From: Candidatus Anoxymicrobiaceae bacterium
Lineage (GTDB): Bacteria > Actinomycetota > Geothermincolia > Fen-727 > Anoxymicrobiaceae
Direction: 5' to 3'
Assembly (NCBI GenBank): GCA_036508635.1
Contig: DATCGY010000151.1
Coordinates: 1-47,577, forward strand
Length of the DNA stretch: 47,577 nt
Shown here: piece after piece, positions 34,762-44,098 of the stretch
How the letters are laid out: each line of letters starts with the position of its first letter
How positions within the stretch are numbered: the first letter of the stretch is position 1
Made by a program: the position numbers and the translations under genes
The notes under the pieces: model-generated
What the model saw: the letters and a program-made list of their open reading frames with translations, nothing else
What the model was told of the DNA's origin: nothing
Database searches by the model: none

Positions 34762-34787
34762 GCGCCAGCTTCTCCTGGCGCTTTTTT
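34762..34787 (+). terminator. Riboswitch expression-platform terminator
   Basis: The hairpin gcgccag-cttctc-ctggcgc is followed by TTTTTT. It ends 32 nt before the ribD ATG. Confidence 0.85.
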
Positions 34788-34818
34788 GATCCCATCGACC
34801 CTGTCCCCAGGTGCAAAC

Positions 34819-35970
34819 ATGGATTTTTTTCAGAGCGGAGAGAGAAATATAGCGGGAATGCGCCCCCCGGACGCCGGATCGGTGGACGAGCGGATGATGA
34901 TGCGCGCGCTCGAACTGGCCGAGAAAGGAAGGGGCATGACGTCTCCCAATCCCGTCGTAGGTGCGGTTATCGCAAGGGGCGACCAGGTTATCTCCGAGGG
35001 ATACCACGAGAGGGTCGGAGGGCCGCATGCCGAGATAAATGCGCTCGACAGCGCTCCGGGCGGCCTCCGCGGGGCCACCATGTATGTCACGCTCGAGCCG
35101 TGCTCTCACCAGGGCAGAACGCCGCCGTGCGCTCCGAGAGTGGCGGATTCGGGCATTGAGAGGGTCGTGATAGCCGTTCGCGATCCAAACCCGCAGGTCG
35201 CCGGCGGGGGAGAGGCGCTCCTCAAAGATCACGGCGTCGAGGTCTCTGTAGGCCTCTTCGGCCGGTTCGCCCTCAGGCAGAATGAAGAGTACCTGAAATG
35301 GGTGAGGACTCGCAGGCCTTTCGTGACATTGAAGATGGCGATGAGCCTCGACGGCAAGGTGGCCACGAGGACGGGCGATTCCAAGTGGATATCTTCGGAA
35401 ATATCCAGGGCCGATGTTCAGCGCGCCAGGGCGGCAAGCGACGCGGTCATGGTCGGTATCGGAACCGTGATGAGCGACAATCCCCGACTGAACGTGCGGG
35501 ATTTAGAGGGAGTCCGACAGCCACTGAGGGTCGTCGTTGACAGCTTTGCCAGGACGCCGGTCGGGAGCAATGTCGCTGATAGCTCGATGGCGCCGACGCT
35601 CCTGGCCGTCTCCGAGAATGCTCCTGGGGAGAGTATCCGGGCACTCGAAGCAACAGGTGTCGAGCTCATGAGGCTCGACGACGCCGGGAAGGTCGACCTT
35701 GGAGCCCTATTGGAGCTGCTCGGCGAGCGTGGAGTGACTTCTTTGCTCGTTGAGGGAGGACCGGAACTTGCTCGAGGTGTGTGGCAGGCAGGGTTGGTCG
35801 ATAAGTTCGTGTTCTACTTTGCTCCCAAGATAGTGGGCGGGTGCGAGGCGCCTGGGCCGGTCGGTGGGACCGGGGTTGCCTGCATGAAGGAGGCCGGGCC
35901 GCTCACGATAGATGCTGCTTTCGAGATGGGTCCAGATTTAAAGGTGGTCGCGTACCCGGGGGGAGAGTGA
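34819..35970 (+). CDS. ribD: Bifunctional diaminohydroxyphosphoribosylaminopyrimidine deaminase / 5-amino-6-(5-phosphoribosylamino)uracil reductase
   Basis: The motifs are SPNPVVGAVI, HAEINAL and LEPCSHQGRTPPC, followed by the reductase domain. The track start of 34750 would span the terminator, so it was rejected. Confidence 0.93.
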   Translation: MDFFQSGERNIAGMRPPDAGSVDERMMMRALELAEKGRGMTSPNPVVGAVIARGDQVISEGYHERVGGPHAEINALDSAPGGLRGATMYVTLEPCSHQGRTPPCAPRVADSGIERVVIAVRDPNPQVAGGGEALLKDHGVEVSVGLFGRFALRQNEEYLKWVRTRRPFVTLKMAMSLDGKVATRTGDSKWISSEISRADVQRARAASDAVMVGIGTVMSDNPRLNVRDLEGVRQPLRVVVDSFARTPVGSNVADSSMAPTLLAVSENAPGESIRALEATGVELMRLDDAGKVDLGALLELLGERGVTSLLVEGGPELARGVWQAGLVDKFVFYFAPKIVGGCEAPGPVGGTGVACMKEAGPLTIDAAFEMGPDLKVVAYPGGE

Positions 35971-35971
35971 G

Positions 35972-36631
35972 TTGTTCACCGGAGTTATCGAGGAGAAAGG
36001 CACGGTCGCCGGGCTGACCGCCGACGGAAAGCTGAGGGTCTCCGCGCGCACGGTGCTCGAGGGTACCAGGATAGGCGACTCCATAGCCGTATCGGGGGTT
36101 TGCCTGACGGTCGTGGAGCTCGATTCAAGCAGTTTCACGGTTGACGTGATGCCTGAGACGCTGCGCAGCAGCGCACTGGCCGACGTGAGGACGGGCAGGC
36201 AGGTCAACCTCGAGCGGGCCATGGGTGCGGGCGGGCGTTTCGGCGGGCACCTGGTCAACGGACACGTCGACGGCGTTGGGACGGTTGGCGGCATAAGGCG
36301 CGAGGCCAACGCGGTGGTCATCGAGATATCGACTCCCGTGGACATCACGCATTACATGGTGCCCAAGGGTTCAGTTGCGATCGACGGGATAAGCCTGACG
36401 ATAGTCGAGGTCTCGCGTGGCCGATTCACAATCTCCGTCATCCCGCACACTCTCGATGAGACGACTCTAGACGACGCCCGCGCGGGCACCCGCGTGAACC
36501 TCGAGGTCGATATTATCGCCAAGTACGTGGAGTCTTTTCTTGCGCGTGACGGAACGCCGGAACAGGCGCCAAGCGGAGGAATAGGGGAAGCCCTGTACCG
36601 GGGTGGTTTTACCTCCGGTCAGGAAGGCTAA
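35972..36631 (+). CDS. ribE: Riboflavin synthase (alpha chain)
   Basis: The protein starts MFTGVIEEKGTV. It has the duplicated barrel with GDSIAVSGVCLTV and GSVAIDGISLTI. Confidence 0.93.
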   Translation: MFTGVIEEKGTVAGLTADGKLRVSARTVLEGTRIGDSIAVSGVCLTVVELDSSSFTVDVMPETLRSSALADVRTGRQVNLERAMGAGGRFGGHLVNGHVDGVGTVGGIRREANAVVIEISTPVDITHYMVPKGSVAIDGISLTIVEVSRGRFTISVIPHTLDETTLDDARAGTRVNLEVDIIAKYVESFLARDGTPEQAPSGGIGEALYRGGFTSGQEG

Positions 36632-36653
36632 CTGAGGAAAGTGAGGTAAGAGT

Positions 36654-37871
36654 ATGCCTTTCAGCACCATTGACGAGGCTATCGAGGAGCTGAAGGCGGG
36701 ACACCTGATAATCGTAGTCGACGACGAGGATCGAGAAAACGAAGGCGACCTTGTCTGCTCGGCTCAGATGGTGACGCCCGAGATCATCAACTTCATGAGC
36801 AAAAACGGCAGGGGTCTGATATGCATGCCGTGCATCGCCCACAGGCTCGACGAGTTGGAGATACCCGCCATGGTTGAGGACAACACCAGCGCGCAGGGAA
36901 CCGCGTTCACGGTTTCCATCGGGGCAAAGGGCAAGATCACCACGGGTATATCCGCCTACGACCGGGCGGCCACGATACAAGCGGTGATCAACCCCGAGAC
37001 CATGCCCGAAGATATCAGCAAGCCAGGGCACGTATTCCCGTTGAGGGCCAGGAACGGCGGCGTTCTAACGCGCGCGGGACACACGGAAGCAGCGGTGGAC
37101 CTGGCCCGTATGGCCGGGCATTTTCCCGCTGGTGTCATATGCGAGATCATGCATGAAGACGGCACCATGGCTCGCGTTCCCGAGCTGGAGAAAATAGCCA
37201 AGAAATTAGGCCTGAAGATGATCACGGTGGCCGACCTCATAAAGTACCGCATCGAAAAGGAGCAGTTGGTGGAACGCGTATCGGAGGCGAAGCTGCCCAC
37301 CGCTTACGGTGACTTCAGGGCGATTGGGTTCGAGAGCAAGGTCGACGGTACATTCCATCTGGCGCTGGTGAAGGGCGACGTTGCCGGAAAGAAGGACGTG
37401 CTGGTGCGGGTGCACAGTGAATGCCTGACCGGTGACGTATTCGGGTCGCGCCGGTGCGACTGCGGCTCGCAGGTCGCCGAGGCGCTCCTGAGGATAGAGG
37501 CCGAGGGGGAGGGCGTCTTCCTCTACATGATAGGACATGAGGGCAGGGGTATCGGGCTCGCTCACAAGCTCCGGGCCTACCAGCTCCAGGACATGGGTCT
37601 CGATACGGTCGAGGCGAACATCGAGCTCGGTCTTCCTGTGGATGCCCGCGACTACGGCACCGGGGCGCAGATACTCCGTGACCTCGGGATAACATCGATG
37701 AGGCTTTTGACAAATAACCCCGCAAAGAGGGTTGGCCTCGAAGGCTACGGGCTGTCCGTCAGCGAGCGTGTGTCCCTGGAGATCGAGCCATGCGAGGAGA
37801 ACCTCCGTTACCTCACGGTCAAGAAAGAGAAGATGGACCACATGCTCGATTTAGAAAAAACGAAGAAATAG
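36654..37871 (+). CDS. ribBA: Bifunctional 3,4-dihydroxy-2-butanone-4-phosphate synthase / GTP cyclohydrolase II
   Basis: The motifs are DDEDRENEGDL, HTEAAVDLA, and VRVHSECLTGDVFGSRRCDCG with the zinc site. Confidence 0.95.
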   Translation: MPFSTIDEAIEELKAGHLIIVVDDEDRENEGDLVCSAQMVTPEIINFMSKNGRGLICMPCIAHRLDELEIPAMVEDNTSAQGTAFTVSIGAKGKITTGISAYDRAATIQAVINPETMPEDISKPGHVFPLRARNGGVLTRAGHTEAAVDLARMAGHFPAGVICEIMHEDGTMARVPELEKIAKKLGLKMITVADLIKYRIEKEQLVERVSEAKLPTAYGDFRAIGFESKVDGTFHLALVKGDVAGKKDVLVRVHSECLTGDVFGSRRCDCGSQVAEALLRIEAEGEGVFLYMIGHEGRGIGLAHKLRAYQLQDMGLDTVEANIELGLPVDARDYGTGAQILRDLGITSMRLLTNNPAKRVGLEGYGLSVSERVSLEIEPCEENLRYLTVKKEKMDHMLDLEKTKK

Positions 37872-37954
37872 CGAGCTCTTGAAACACAGTCCATGCAATC
37901 GATGTGACGGGGCCCCGGGACGTCACTCCGGGCCTCTGACGGGAGGAGGAAGTA

Positions 37955-38416
37955 ATGGGGACATTCGAGGGAAAACTGATTGCCAGGAATCTAAAGTTCG
38001 GCATCGTAGTGAGCCGGTTCAACGAGTTCATAAGCAAGAACCTTCTGGAAGGAGCGCTGGATTCGCTAAAGAGACACGAGGCGTTGGCCGAAAATATTGA
38101 TGTGGCGTGGGTGCCGGGCTCATTCGAGATACCGCTCGTGGCCCAGAAGCTGGCAAGGTCCGGCAGGTACGACGCGGTGGTATGTCTTGGGGCGGTCATC
38201 CGGGGTAATACGCCTCATTTTGACTATGTGGCCGCGGAGGTCTCAAAGGGAGTTGCGCGTGTCGGACTCGACTCCGACGTGCCTGTTATCTTCGGGATAA
38301 TAACCGCGGACACGCTCGAACAGGCTGTGGACAGGGCAGGTGCCAAGGCCGGAAACAAAGGCTGGCAGGCGGCGCTCACCGCCATAGAGATGGCAAACCT
38401 GATGTCCGCTTTATAG
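37955..38416 (+). CDS. ribH: 6,7-dimethyl-8-ribityllumazine synthase
   Basis: The motifs are [34 protein letters not shown] and GNKG. A GGAGGAGG RBS is present. Confidence 0.95.
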   Translation: MGTFEGKLIARNLKFGIVVSRFNEFISKNLLEGALDSLKRHEALAENIDVAWVPGSFEIPLVAQKLARSGRYDAVVCLGAVIRGNTPHFDYVAAEVSKGVARVGLDSDVPVIFGIITADTLEQAVDRAGAKAGNKGWQAALTAIEMANLMSAL

Positions 38417-38570
38417 CATCCGGATTGAGCGGGAGACGGCTGCATGAATACTTAGACGTTACGCCGCGGTGGGCGGGACGGCCGATACGGATGCCTGACC
38501 GTCGCTAGAGCACCTTTTGCGATGCTCGAACGTTATAGAGTGCTGACAGGCTACAGGTGCGGGGGTTTTG

Positions 38571-40676
38571 ATGAGCAGGATGCTTTCGAGGTCTGACGAT
38601 GGCAAGTTTTTCGCGCTCGAGCTATTGACGACCAGGCGCGCTGAAGTCCTGGCGAGGATAGCGGAAGACGAGTCCCCTTCAACTTCGTTTTATTCTTTCC
38701 TCAAATTAACGCGCAAGAAGTACTTCGTATCGTACCTGGACCAGTTGAAAGAAGCCCTGGAAGCGGACGACGTGACGGACTTCCTGGGTAACGAGACGTT
38801 TCAGAGCTACTCACATGCCAAAAATGGCTTCTCCATGAAAGAAGTATTGAGCGTTCCGTCCATCGTCGAGAGAGCCATAACGGGGCTCGCGGCGGACCTG
38901 GTCGACTCGGGCGACGTCAAGGCGGGTGACGCGATGAACGCGACTCTCCTCATTCACGACATGCTTGGCCAGGCGGGGACCATCAGAGCAGAATCGTTCA
39001 CTCAGACTCGCGACGAGATAGTAAGGTTCTATCACTCGTACCAGGAGGAGATCGACCGCTTTCCGAGCAACCTCGCGGCCACCCTGGATTTCAGCACTCT
39101 GCTGCTTTCCGCGGTCAAGAAGTGCAGGGACCTGGTCGGTGCCGAGCGTTGCGCGTTCTTCACAAGGGACCTCCTCACCAACGAACTCCACCTTGAAGCA
39201 TCGAACTTCGACGAGAAGACGTTCGGTGATGGCGTCGTCGCGCTCGACGATCCGATCGTCAAGAAGCTGGTACACCAGCGCGAATCTTTCATGGTCGAAG
39301 GCTATCCGCGTAGCATGCCTCACATCTCGGCGCTGATGAGGACGGCCAGGACCAGGCGTATGGCGCTGGTGCCGCTACTCGTGCGTGACCGGAATGTCGG
39401 CGTCATGATGCTGGACAACGTCGAGAATCCACAGATCTTCACGACGGAGACGATGAACCTCGCCGAGAGGTTAGCCAACAAGGTAGCCGCGTCGATGGAG
39501 AACGCGCGGCTCCACGGAAGCGAGCAGAAGAAGCTGAAGGAGACCATCGCGCTCCTGGAAGTCTCTCGCCTCGTCACTTCGACCCTTGACATCGACGTGC
39601 TGCTCTCGCGGCTCGTTCAGATAACCGCTGACGTCTGTGAGGTCGGCAAGTGCACCATGTACATCTACCTCGAGGAAGGTGGGCGTTTCTTCCCGACGGC
39701 CACGTTCGGGATGTTCCCCGATTCCGAGTGGGAGACGGCCCTGTCCGCCGGGGTCCTTCCCGGCGACATCGTCTCGGAAGAGATCGCCGCGCTTATGCGG
39801 AATGAGGTTGCGGTCTCCGAGGCACTTCTATCGCCTTTCATACCGCCTGACCGCCTGAAGGATACGGGCGTCAAGTCCGTTATGCTCGTGCCCATCAGCT
39901 CCCGGGATCATCTCCTGGGGATAATGGGGCTGTTCTACGACAAGGAGCGCGACGAGCTCGACGGCGAGGACCTGAACCTGGTCAGTGCCATAGCCGGCCA
40001 GGCCGCGGTGGCTATGGATAACGCCTCACTGTACGAAGACCTCGAGATGAGCTATTTCTCTACGGTGAAAGCTCTCGCGAGGGCTATAGAGGTGAAGGAC
40101 CCGTACACCTACGGGCACTCCGAGCGTGTGACCGAGTACGCGATGGTCATCGGAAAGAAGCTCGACCTCTCGGAGTGGGACCTGCGCAACCTCAAGTACG
40201 CGGCGGCCCTCCATGACATCGGAAAGCTTGGGATCTCGGGGCATATCCTGAACAAGCCCGGAGCCCTTTCCGAAGACGAGTTCGTCCACATAAAAACACA
40301 CCCGCAGATGGGTGATTCCATCATGGAGCCGGTCAGCTTCCTCAAGGAGCCGCGGGAGATAATACTTCACCACCACGAGCGTTGGGACGGCAATGGCTAC
40401 CCGGAAGGCCTCAAGGGTAATAAGATCCCTCTTGGCGCAAGGATACTCTCAGTCGCCGACTCGTTCGAAGCCATGATGTCAGACCGCCCATACCGCAAGG
40501 CTCTAGACCTTCAGGACGCGATAAAGGAGATCGAGGACAACGCCGGAACGCAGTTCGACCCGGTGGTCGTGACGGCGTTCATCGCTGCTCTGGACGAGGA
40601 CGGGGGCCAAGTGGTGATCAGCTTTTCCGAGGCGGTCCAGGACGAGCCTGACGATGCCGTGAGCGAGTTGGACTAG
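38571..40676 (+). CDS. GAF-GAF-HD-GYP cyclic-dinucleotide phosphodiesterase
   Basis: The C-terminal motifs are HSERVTEY..AAALHDIGKLGI..HHHERWDGNGYPEGL..ADSFEAMMSDRPYR. The central region has GAF-like sequence. Confidence 0.85.
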   Translation: MSRMLSRSDDGKFFALELLTTRRAEVLARIAEDESPSTSFYSFLKLTRKKYFVSYLDQLKEALEADDVTDFLGNETFQSYSHAKNGFSMKEVLSVPSIVERAITGLAADLVDSGDVKAGDAMNATLLIHDMLGQAGTIRAESFTQTRDEIVRFYHSYQEEIDRFPSNLAATLDFSTLLLSAVKKCRDLVGAERCAFFTRDLLTNELHLEASNFDEKTFGDGVVALDDPIVKKLVHQRESFMVEGYPRSMPHISALMRTARTRRMALVPLLVRDRNVGVMMLDNVENPQIFTTETMNLAERLANKVAASMENARLHGSEQKKLKETIALLEVSRLVTSTLDIDVLLSRLVQITADVCEVGKCTMYIYLEEGGRFFPTATFGMFPDSEWETALSAGVLPGDIVSEEIAALMRNEVAVSEALLSPFIPPDRLKDTGVKSVMLVPISSRDHLLGIMGLFYDKERDELDGEDLNLVSAIAGQAAVAMDNASLYEDLEMSYFSTVKALARAIEVKDPYTYGHSERVTEYAMVIGKKLDLSEWDLRNLKYAAALHDIGKLGISGHILNKPGALSEDEFVHIKTHPQMGDSIMEPVSFLKEPREIILHHHERWDGNGYPEGLKGNKIPLGARILSVADSFEAMMSDRPYRKALDLQDAIKEIEDNAGTQFDPVVVTAFIAALDEDGGQVVISFSEAVQDEPDDAVSELD

Positions 40677-40708
40677 ACGAGCGGCACAGCTTTTCCCGTA
40701 GAACGGTT

Positions 40709-42865
40709 CTACTTTTCGTGGACAGGTAGCGTAAAACAGAAGGTGCTTCCCCTGCCTTCGCTGCTGTCAGCCCAGATCTTGCCTCCGTGCATCTCAACAA
40801 TCTCGCGCGAGATCGCGAGCCCGAGGCCGAATCCGCCCCTGTCGTTGACCTCTCCCGAGTGTGCCTGGAAGAAACGGTCGAAGATGTGGGGAAGCGCGGA
40901 TGCGGGGATACCCACACCGTTGTCAGTGACCTGCACCTGGAGGAACGAGCCGTTCCTGAGCACCGTCGTCTCCACGATCCCTCCCGCCTCTGTGTACTTG
41001 ATGGCGTTGCTGATTATGTTCGTCAGGACCTGAGCGATCCGGTCGGGGTCGGCTTCCGCCAGCGGCAGGTCGTCGGCTACTCGCGTGCGCAGCTCCACCT
41101 GGTTTGCCTCGGCGCTGTTTGAGAGATGCAACGAGACGGCTTTTATGACCTGCTCTATGTTAGCGGGCATTATCGTCGTCTTGATCCTCCTGGCCTGGAG
41201 CCTCGACAAGTCGAGGAGGTCCTCGATCATCCTTGTGAGGTTCTCGGCTTGCTCGCTCACGATGTTGAGGTACTCCGACTGTTGTGGAGTGAGCGACCCG
41301 GCCCGGCCTGCGAGCAGGAGGCTCACGAACCCCGAGATGCTGGTAAGCGGTGTCCGAAGCTCGTGAGAGACATTCGACACGAAGTTAGATTTGAGCTCGT
41401 CGATGCGCTTGAGTTCGGTGATATCGTGGAGGAAGAGCACCATCCCGGTCACACCACCGACCTGGTCTTTGAGCGGTATGAACTGTGCCTGAGCGTGTGC
41501 CTGTGTCTCACCGGCGAACGAAATTTCGCCGAAGATATTACGTCCTTCGAGAACAGCTACGACGGCCTCTCGAGGTGAGTAAACGCCGAGGTTCGCATCG
41601 CGCAGCGCGGGCTCGAGGACTTCGATAAGGGGCATTCCGATTGCGCTCGAGCTTATGTCCAGAAGTCGTTCGGCCACGGGGTTAGTCTGGATCAGGACGC
41701 CTTCGGAGTCCGTCACCAGAAGGCCTTCGCGGAGAGCCGATAATATGGTCTCGACTTTCGTTTTTTCGTCGAGAGCGCTCGTATAGAGACGGGCCTTCTC
41801 GACTGCGACAGCCGACTGGCTGGCGAGGGTAGACAGAACTTCGAGATGGGCTTCCTTGAACGCGCGCGGAGCGGGGGAGAAACACATGAGGTACCCCGCC
41901 ACATCGCGACCCACGAGCATAGGCACGGCCGCGATGCCGAAGGTCCCGCCTACGTCCTGCAGCGGGAGCCATTCAAGTGAGACGTTCTCGGCAACCACGT
42001 CTTCACCATTTCTCAGGCGGTAGAGCCAACCCTCGCCTTCGGGAAGAATCGTGGGAGCTGTCTTTACGATCGGGAGCGTCCCAAGCGCGGCCCTGAGATG
42101 CTGTTCACCTTCTTCGGAGAGGAACACCAGCGCACCATCGGATGAGAGCATCTTACGGGCGAGCGCCGCGGTTGTCTCGATAACCGCATCGAGTTCGAGC
42201 GTATAGGAGAATTTCCTGCTCACGTTATAGATAAGCGAGATATCGCGCTCTTTCTCCATTGAAAGGTCGAGGAGGTGTCGGTACTCGATCGACTCACGGG
42301 CGTACATCCGCTCACCTTCGAACACGTAGCATGCGATATATCCCACGACGAAGTAAGCGAAGGCTGTAAGCGCCAGCCAGAAGTGAGCGAGCGCGCTGAC
42401 GTTCACGCTGACGTATGGCAGGTACCTCACGAGCGCAGTTGCGGCGGCGACGATCATCGTCCCAGGGTAGCTGTAGTATGCGGCGGCCGAGATCGGGACC
42501 AGGAAGAAGAGAAAGCTTAACTGGCTGGCACGACCGCCTGTAAGGTACACGATGCTGGATATGACGCCCAGGCATGCGAGCATGAGCAGGAAGAACGCGA
42601 ACGGACGGTATTTCTTGAACGGCACGTAGTGGTTGCCGAAGAGGAGCAGCGCGTACGAGATGCACATGGCCACGATACCCCAGGGATACCGCGCCTTGTC
42701 CCAGACGATACTGTAGACGAACACCGAGGCAACCAGGACGGTCCAGAGGAGCTGTATGCCGGGACGTGCGGTCACGAACAGCAGCTGGCTCATCTCGCCG
42801 CTGGCGGACCGATCCGGCGGTGAGGTCTTCTCACCCTTTCTTGTCATCAATCTTCGATAATCCAT
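40709..42865 (-). CDS. Membrane sensor histidine kinase (multi-TM, GAF, PAS, HisKA, HATPase_c)
   Basis: The H-box is SHELRTPLTSI. The N, G1 and G2 boxes are NAIKYT, DNGVGI and GGFGLGLAI. About 6 N-terminal TM helices are predicted. Confidence 0.9.
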   Translation of the reverse strand: MDYRRLMTRKGEKTSPPDRSASGEMSQLLFVTARPGIQLLWTVLVASVFVYSIVWDKARYPWGIVAMCISYALLLFGNHYVPFKKYRPFAFFLLMLACLGVISSIVYLTGGRASQLSFLFFLVPISAAAYYSYPGTMIVAAATALVRYLPYVSVNVSALAHFWLALTAFAYFVVGYIACYVFEGERMYARESIEYRHLLDLSMEKERDISLIYNVSRKFSYTLELDAVIETTAALARKMLSSDGALVFLSEEGEQHLRAALGTLPIVKTAPTILPEGEGWLYRLRNGEDVVAENVSLEWLPLQDVGGTFGIAAVPMLVGRDVAGYLMCFSPAPRAFKEAHLEVLSTLASQSAVAVEKARLYTSALDEKTKVETILSALREGLLVTDSEGVLIQTNPVAERLLDISSSAIGMPLIEVLEPALRDANLGVYSPREAVVAVLEGRNIFGEISFAGETQAHAQAQFIPLKDQVGGVTGMVLFLHDITELKRIDELKSNFVSNVSHELRTPLTSISGFVSLLLAGRAGSLTPQQSEYLNIVSEQAENLTRMIEDLLDLSRLQARRIKTTIMPANIEQVIKAVSLHLSNSAEANQVELRTRVADDLPLAEADPDRIAQVLTNIISNAIKYTEAGGIVETTVLRNGSFLQVQVTDNGVGIPASALPHIFDRFFQAHSGEVNDRGGFGLGLAISREIVEMHGGKIWADSSEGRGSTFCFTLPVHEK

Positions 42866-42933
42866 GGCTGCACGATATTTACCGTTAGCGTTGGAGCACT
42901 AGTCTGGAGACCCCCCGGAGAGCGCAGGTCGAC

Positions 42934-43872
42934 CTAGGTCTTCCTCCGGTCGAATACGTACACACTGCCCTCGAGGTCTTTTGCGTATTTTTTCAGCTCG
43001 GCCGCGACACGGCCTATCTGGGCCGCGTCAGCAAGCTGCCTGTACTCATTATGGACGATGGAGATCGATATCGTCATCACGGGGAACTTCATCACGTAAC
43101 CCCGGCGGTCCACCGAGACGATATAGCCCTTCTCCAGGTCCTCGGGCTGGTAGCAAGAAGGTATCTCTTCGTCGAAGAGACGTACGATCTCCCTGGCAAC
43201 GTCCTCGGCCTTATCGATCGAGGTCAGGATTATGAAGTCGTCCCCACCGACATGTCCGAGGAAGTCCTCATCGTTGCCTTTCTCGTCAATGGCCCGTCTC
43301 AGGAGCTGCCCGGTCATCTTGATGACCTCGCTACCTGAGTTGAAACCGTAGAAATCGTTGTATGCCTTGAAGTCGTCGAGGTCGACATACATGAACGCGA
43401 ACTTCTCGCCGGACTCGATGCGTTCATCGAGCTTATTGCCGATCGACTTGTTTCCGGGAAGTTCGGTTATCGGGCTCATGTCCGTCTCGCGCTGGTAGCG
43501 CCTGAGGTGCATCTCGATCCGCGCCTGGAGCTCCATCGGGTCGAACGGTTTGGTTATATAATCGTCAGCACCCGACTCTATACCGTCGAGCTTGTCCTTG
43601 AGTTGAGCCTTGGCCGTCAGCATCAGTATGGGGATATTGCTCGTCTGGGGGTTGCCCCTCATTAGACGGCAGATCTCGAGCCCGTCGAGGCCCGGCATCA
43701 TTACGTCAAGGAGGACGAGGTCCGGTCGCAGGCTACGTACTATGTCCCACGCTTCGGTCCCGTCCGCGGCCTGGTACACATCGAACTTATGCTTTGGCAA
43801 CGCCTCAGTAAGGAGCTGGCGAAGGTTGTGGTCATCGTCAGCAATCAGGACCTTTGGCCTGGGCTGCAGCAT
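42934..43872 (-). CDS. Response regulator with a divergent GGDEF-type nucleotide cyclase domain (REC-GGDDF)
   Basis: The REC domain is canonical (DDD, D56 in LLDVMMPG, LTA, KPF). The cyclase domain has DLDDFKAYNDFYGFNSGSEVI and GHVGGDDFIIL. Confidence 0.85.
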   Translation of the reverse strand: MLQPRPKVLIADDDHNLRQLLTEALPKHKFDVYQAADGTEAWDIVRSLRPDLVLLDVMMPGLDGLEICRLMRGNPQTSNIPILMLTAKAQLKDKLDGIESGADDYITKPFDPMELQARIEMHLRRYQRETDMSPITELPGNKSIGNKLDERIESGEKFAFMYVDLDDFKAYNDFYGFNSGSEVIKMTGQLLRRAIDEKGNDEDFLGHVGGDDFIILTSIDKAEDVAREIVRLFDEEIPSCYQPEDLEKGYIVSVDRRGYVMKFPVMTISISIVHNEYRQLADAAQIGRVAAELKKYAKDLEGSVYVFDRRKT

Positions 43873-43961
43873 TCATTACCGCCTTTCGTCTTCTAAAGAA
43901 TAATATAACCGTCAGGCGATGGCCAACGCTCGCGCCGTCCAGGCGGATAAAGGCCCCCCCG

Positions 43962-43991
43962 TTGGACATATATCGGTGCTTTCGCTATACT
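43962..43991 (+). promoter_or_regulatory. Candidate promoter of the infC-rpmI-rplT operon
   Basis: TTGGAC (43962-43967), an 18-nt spacer, then TATACT (43986-43991). Confidence 0.4.
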
Positions 43992-44098
43992 TTCCTAAAA
44001 CTTGATAAGCAGGAGCGAAATGCCGCTCCTCACCTTGCGGTGCCAATCGAAATCGAAGAGGCAAAGGTTGCCAGCAAGGTTATCCATACGGATAGAAA

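Noticed and set aside
34750-34818. The N-terminal extension of ribD proposed by the track (start 34750).
   Set aside because: It would be translated through the riboswitch terminator hairpin and T-tract. RibD homology starts later, and ATG 34819 has an AGGTG RBS.
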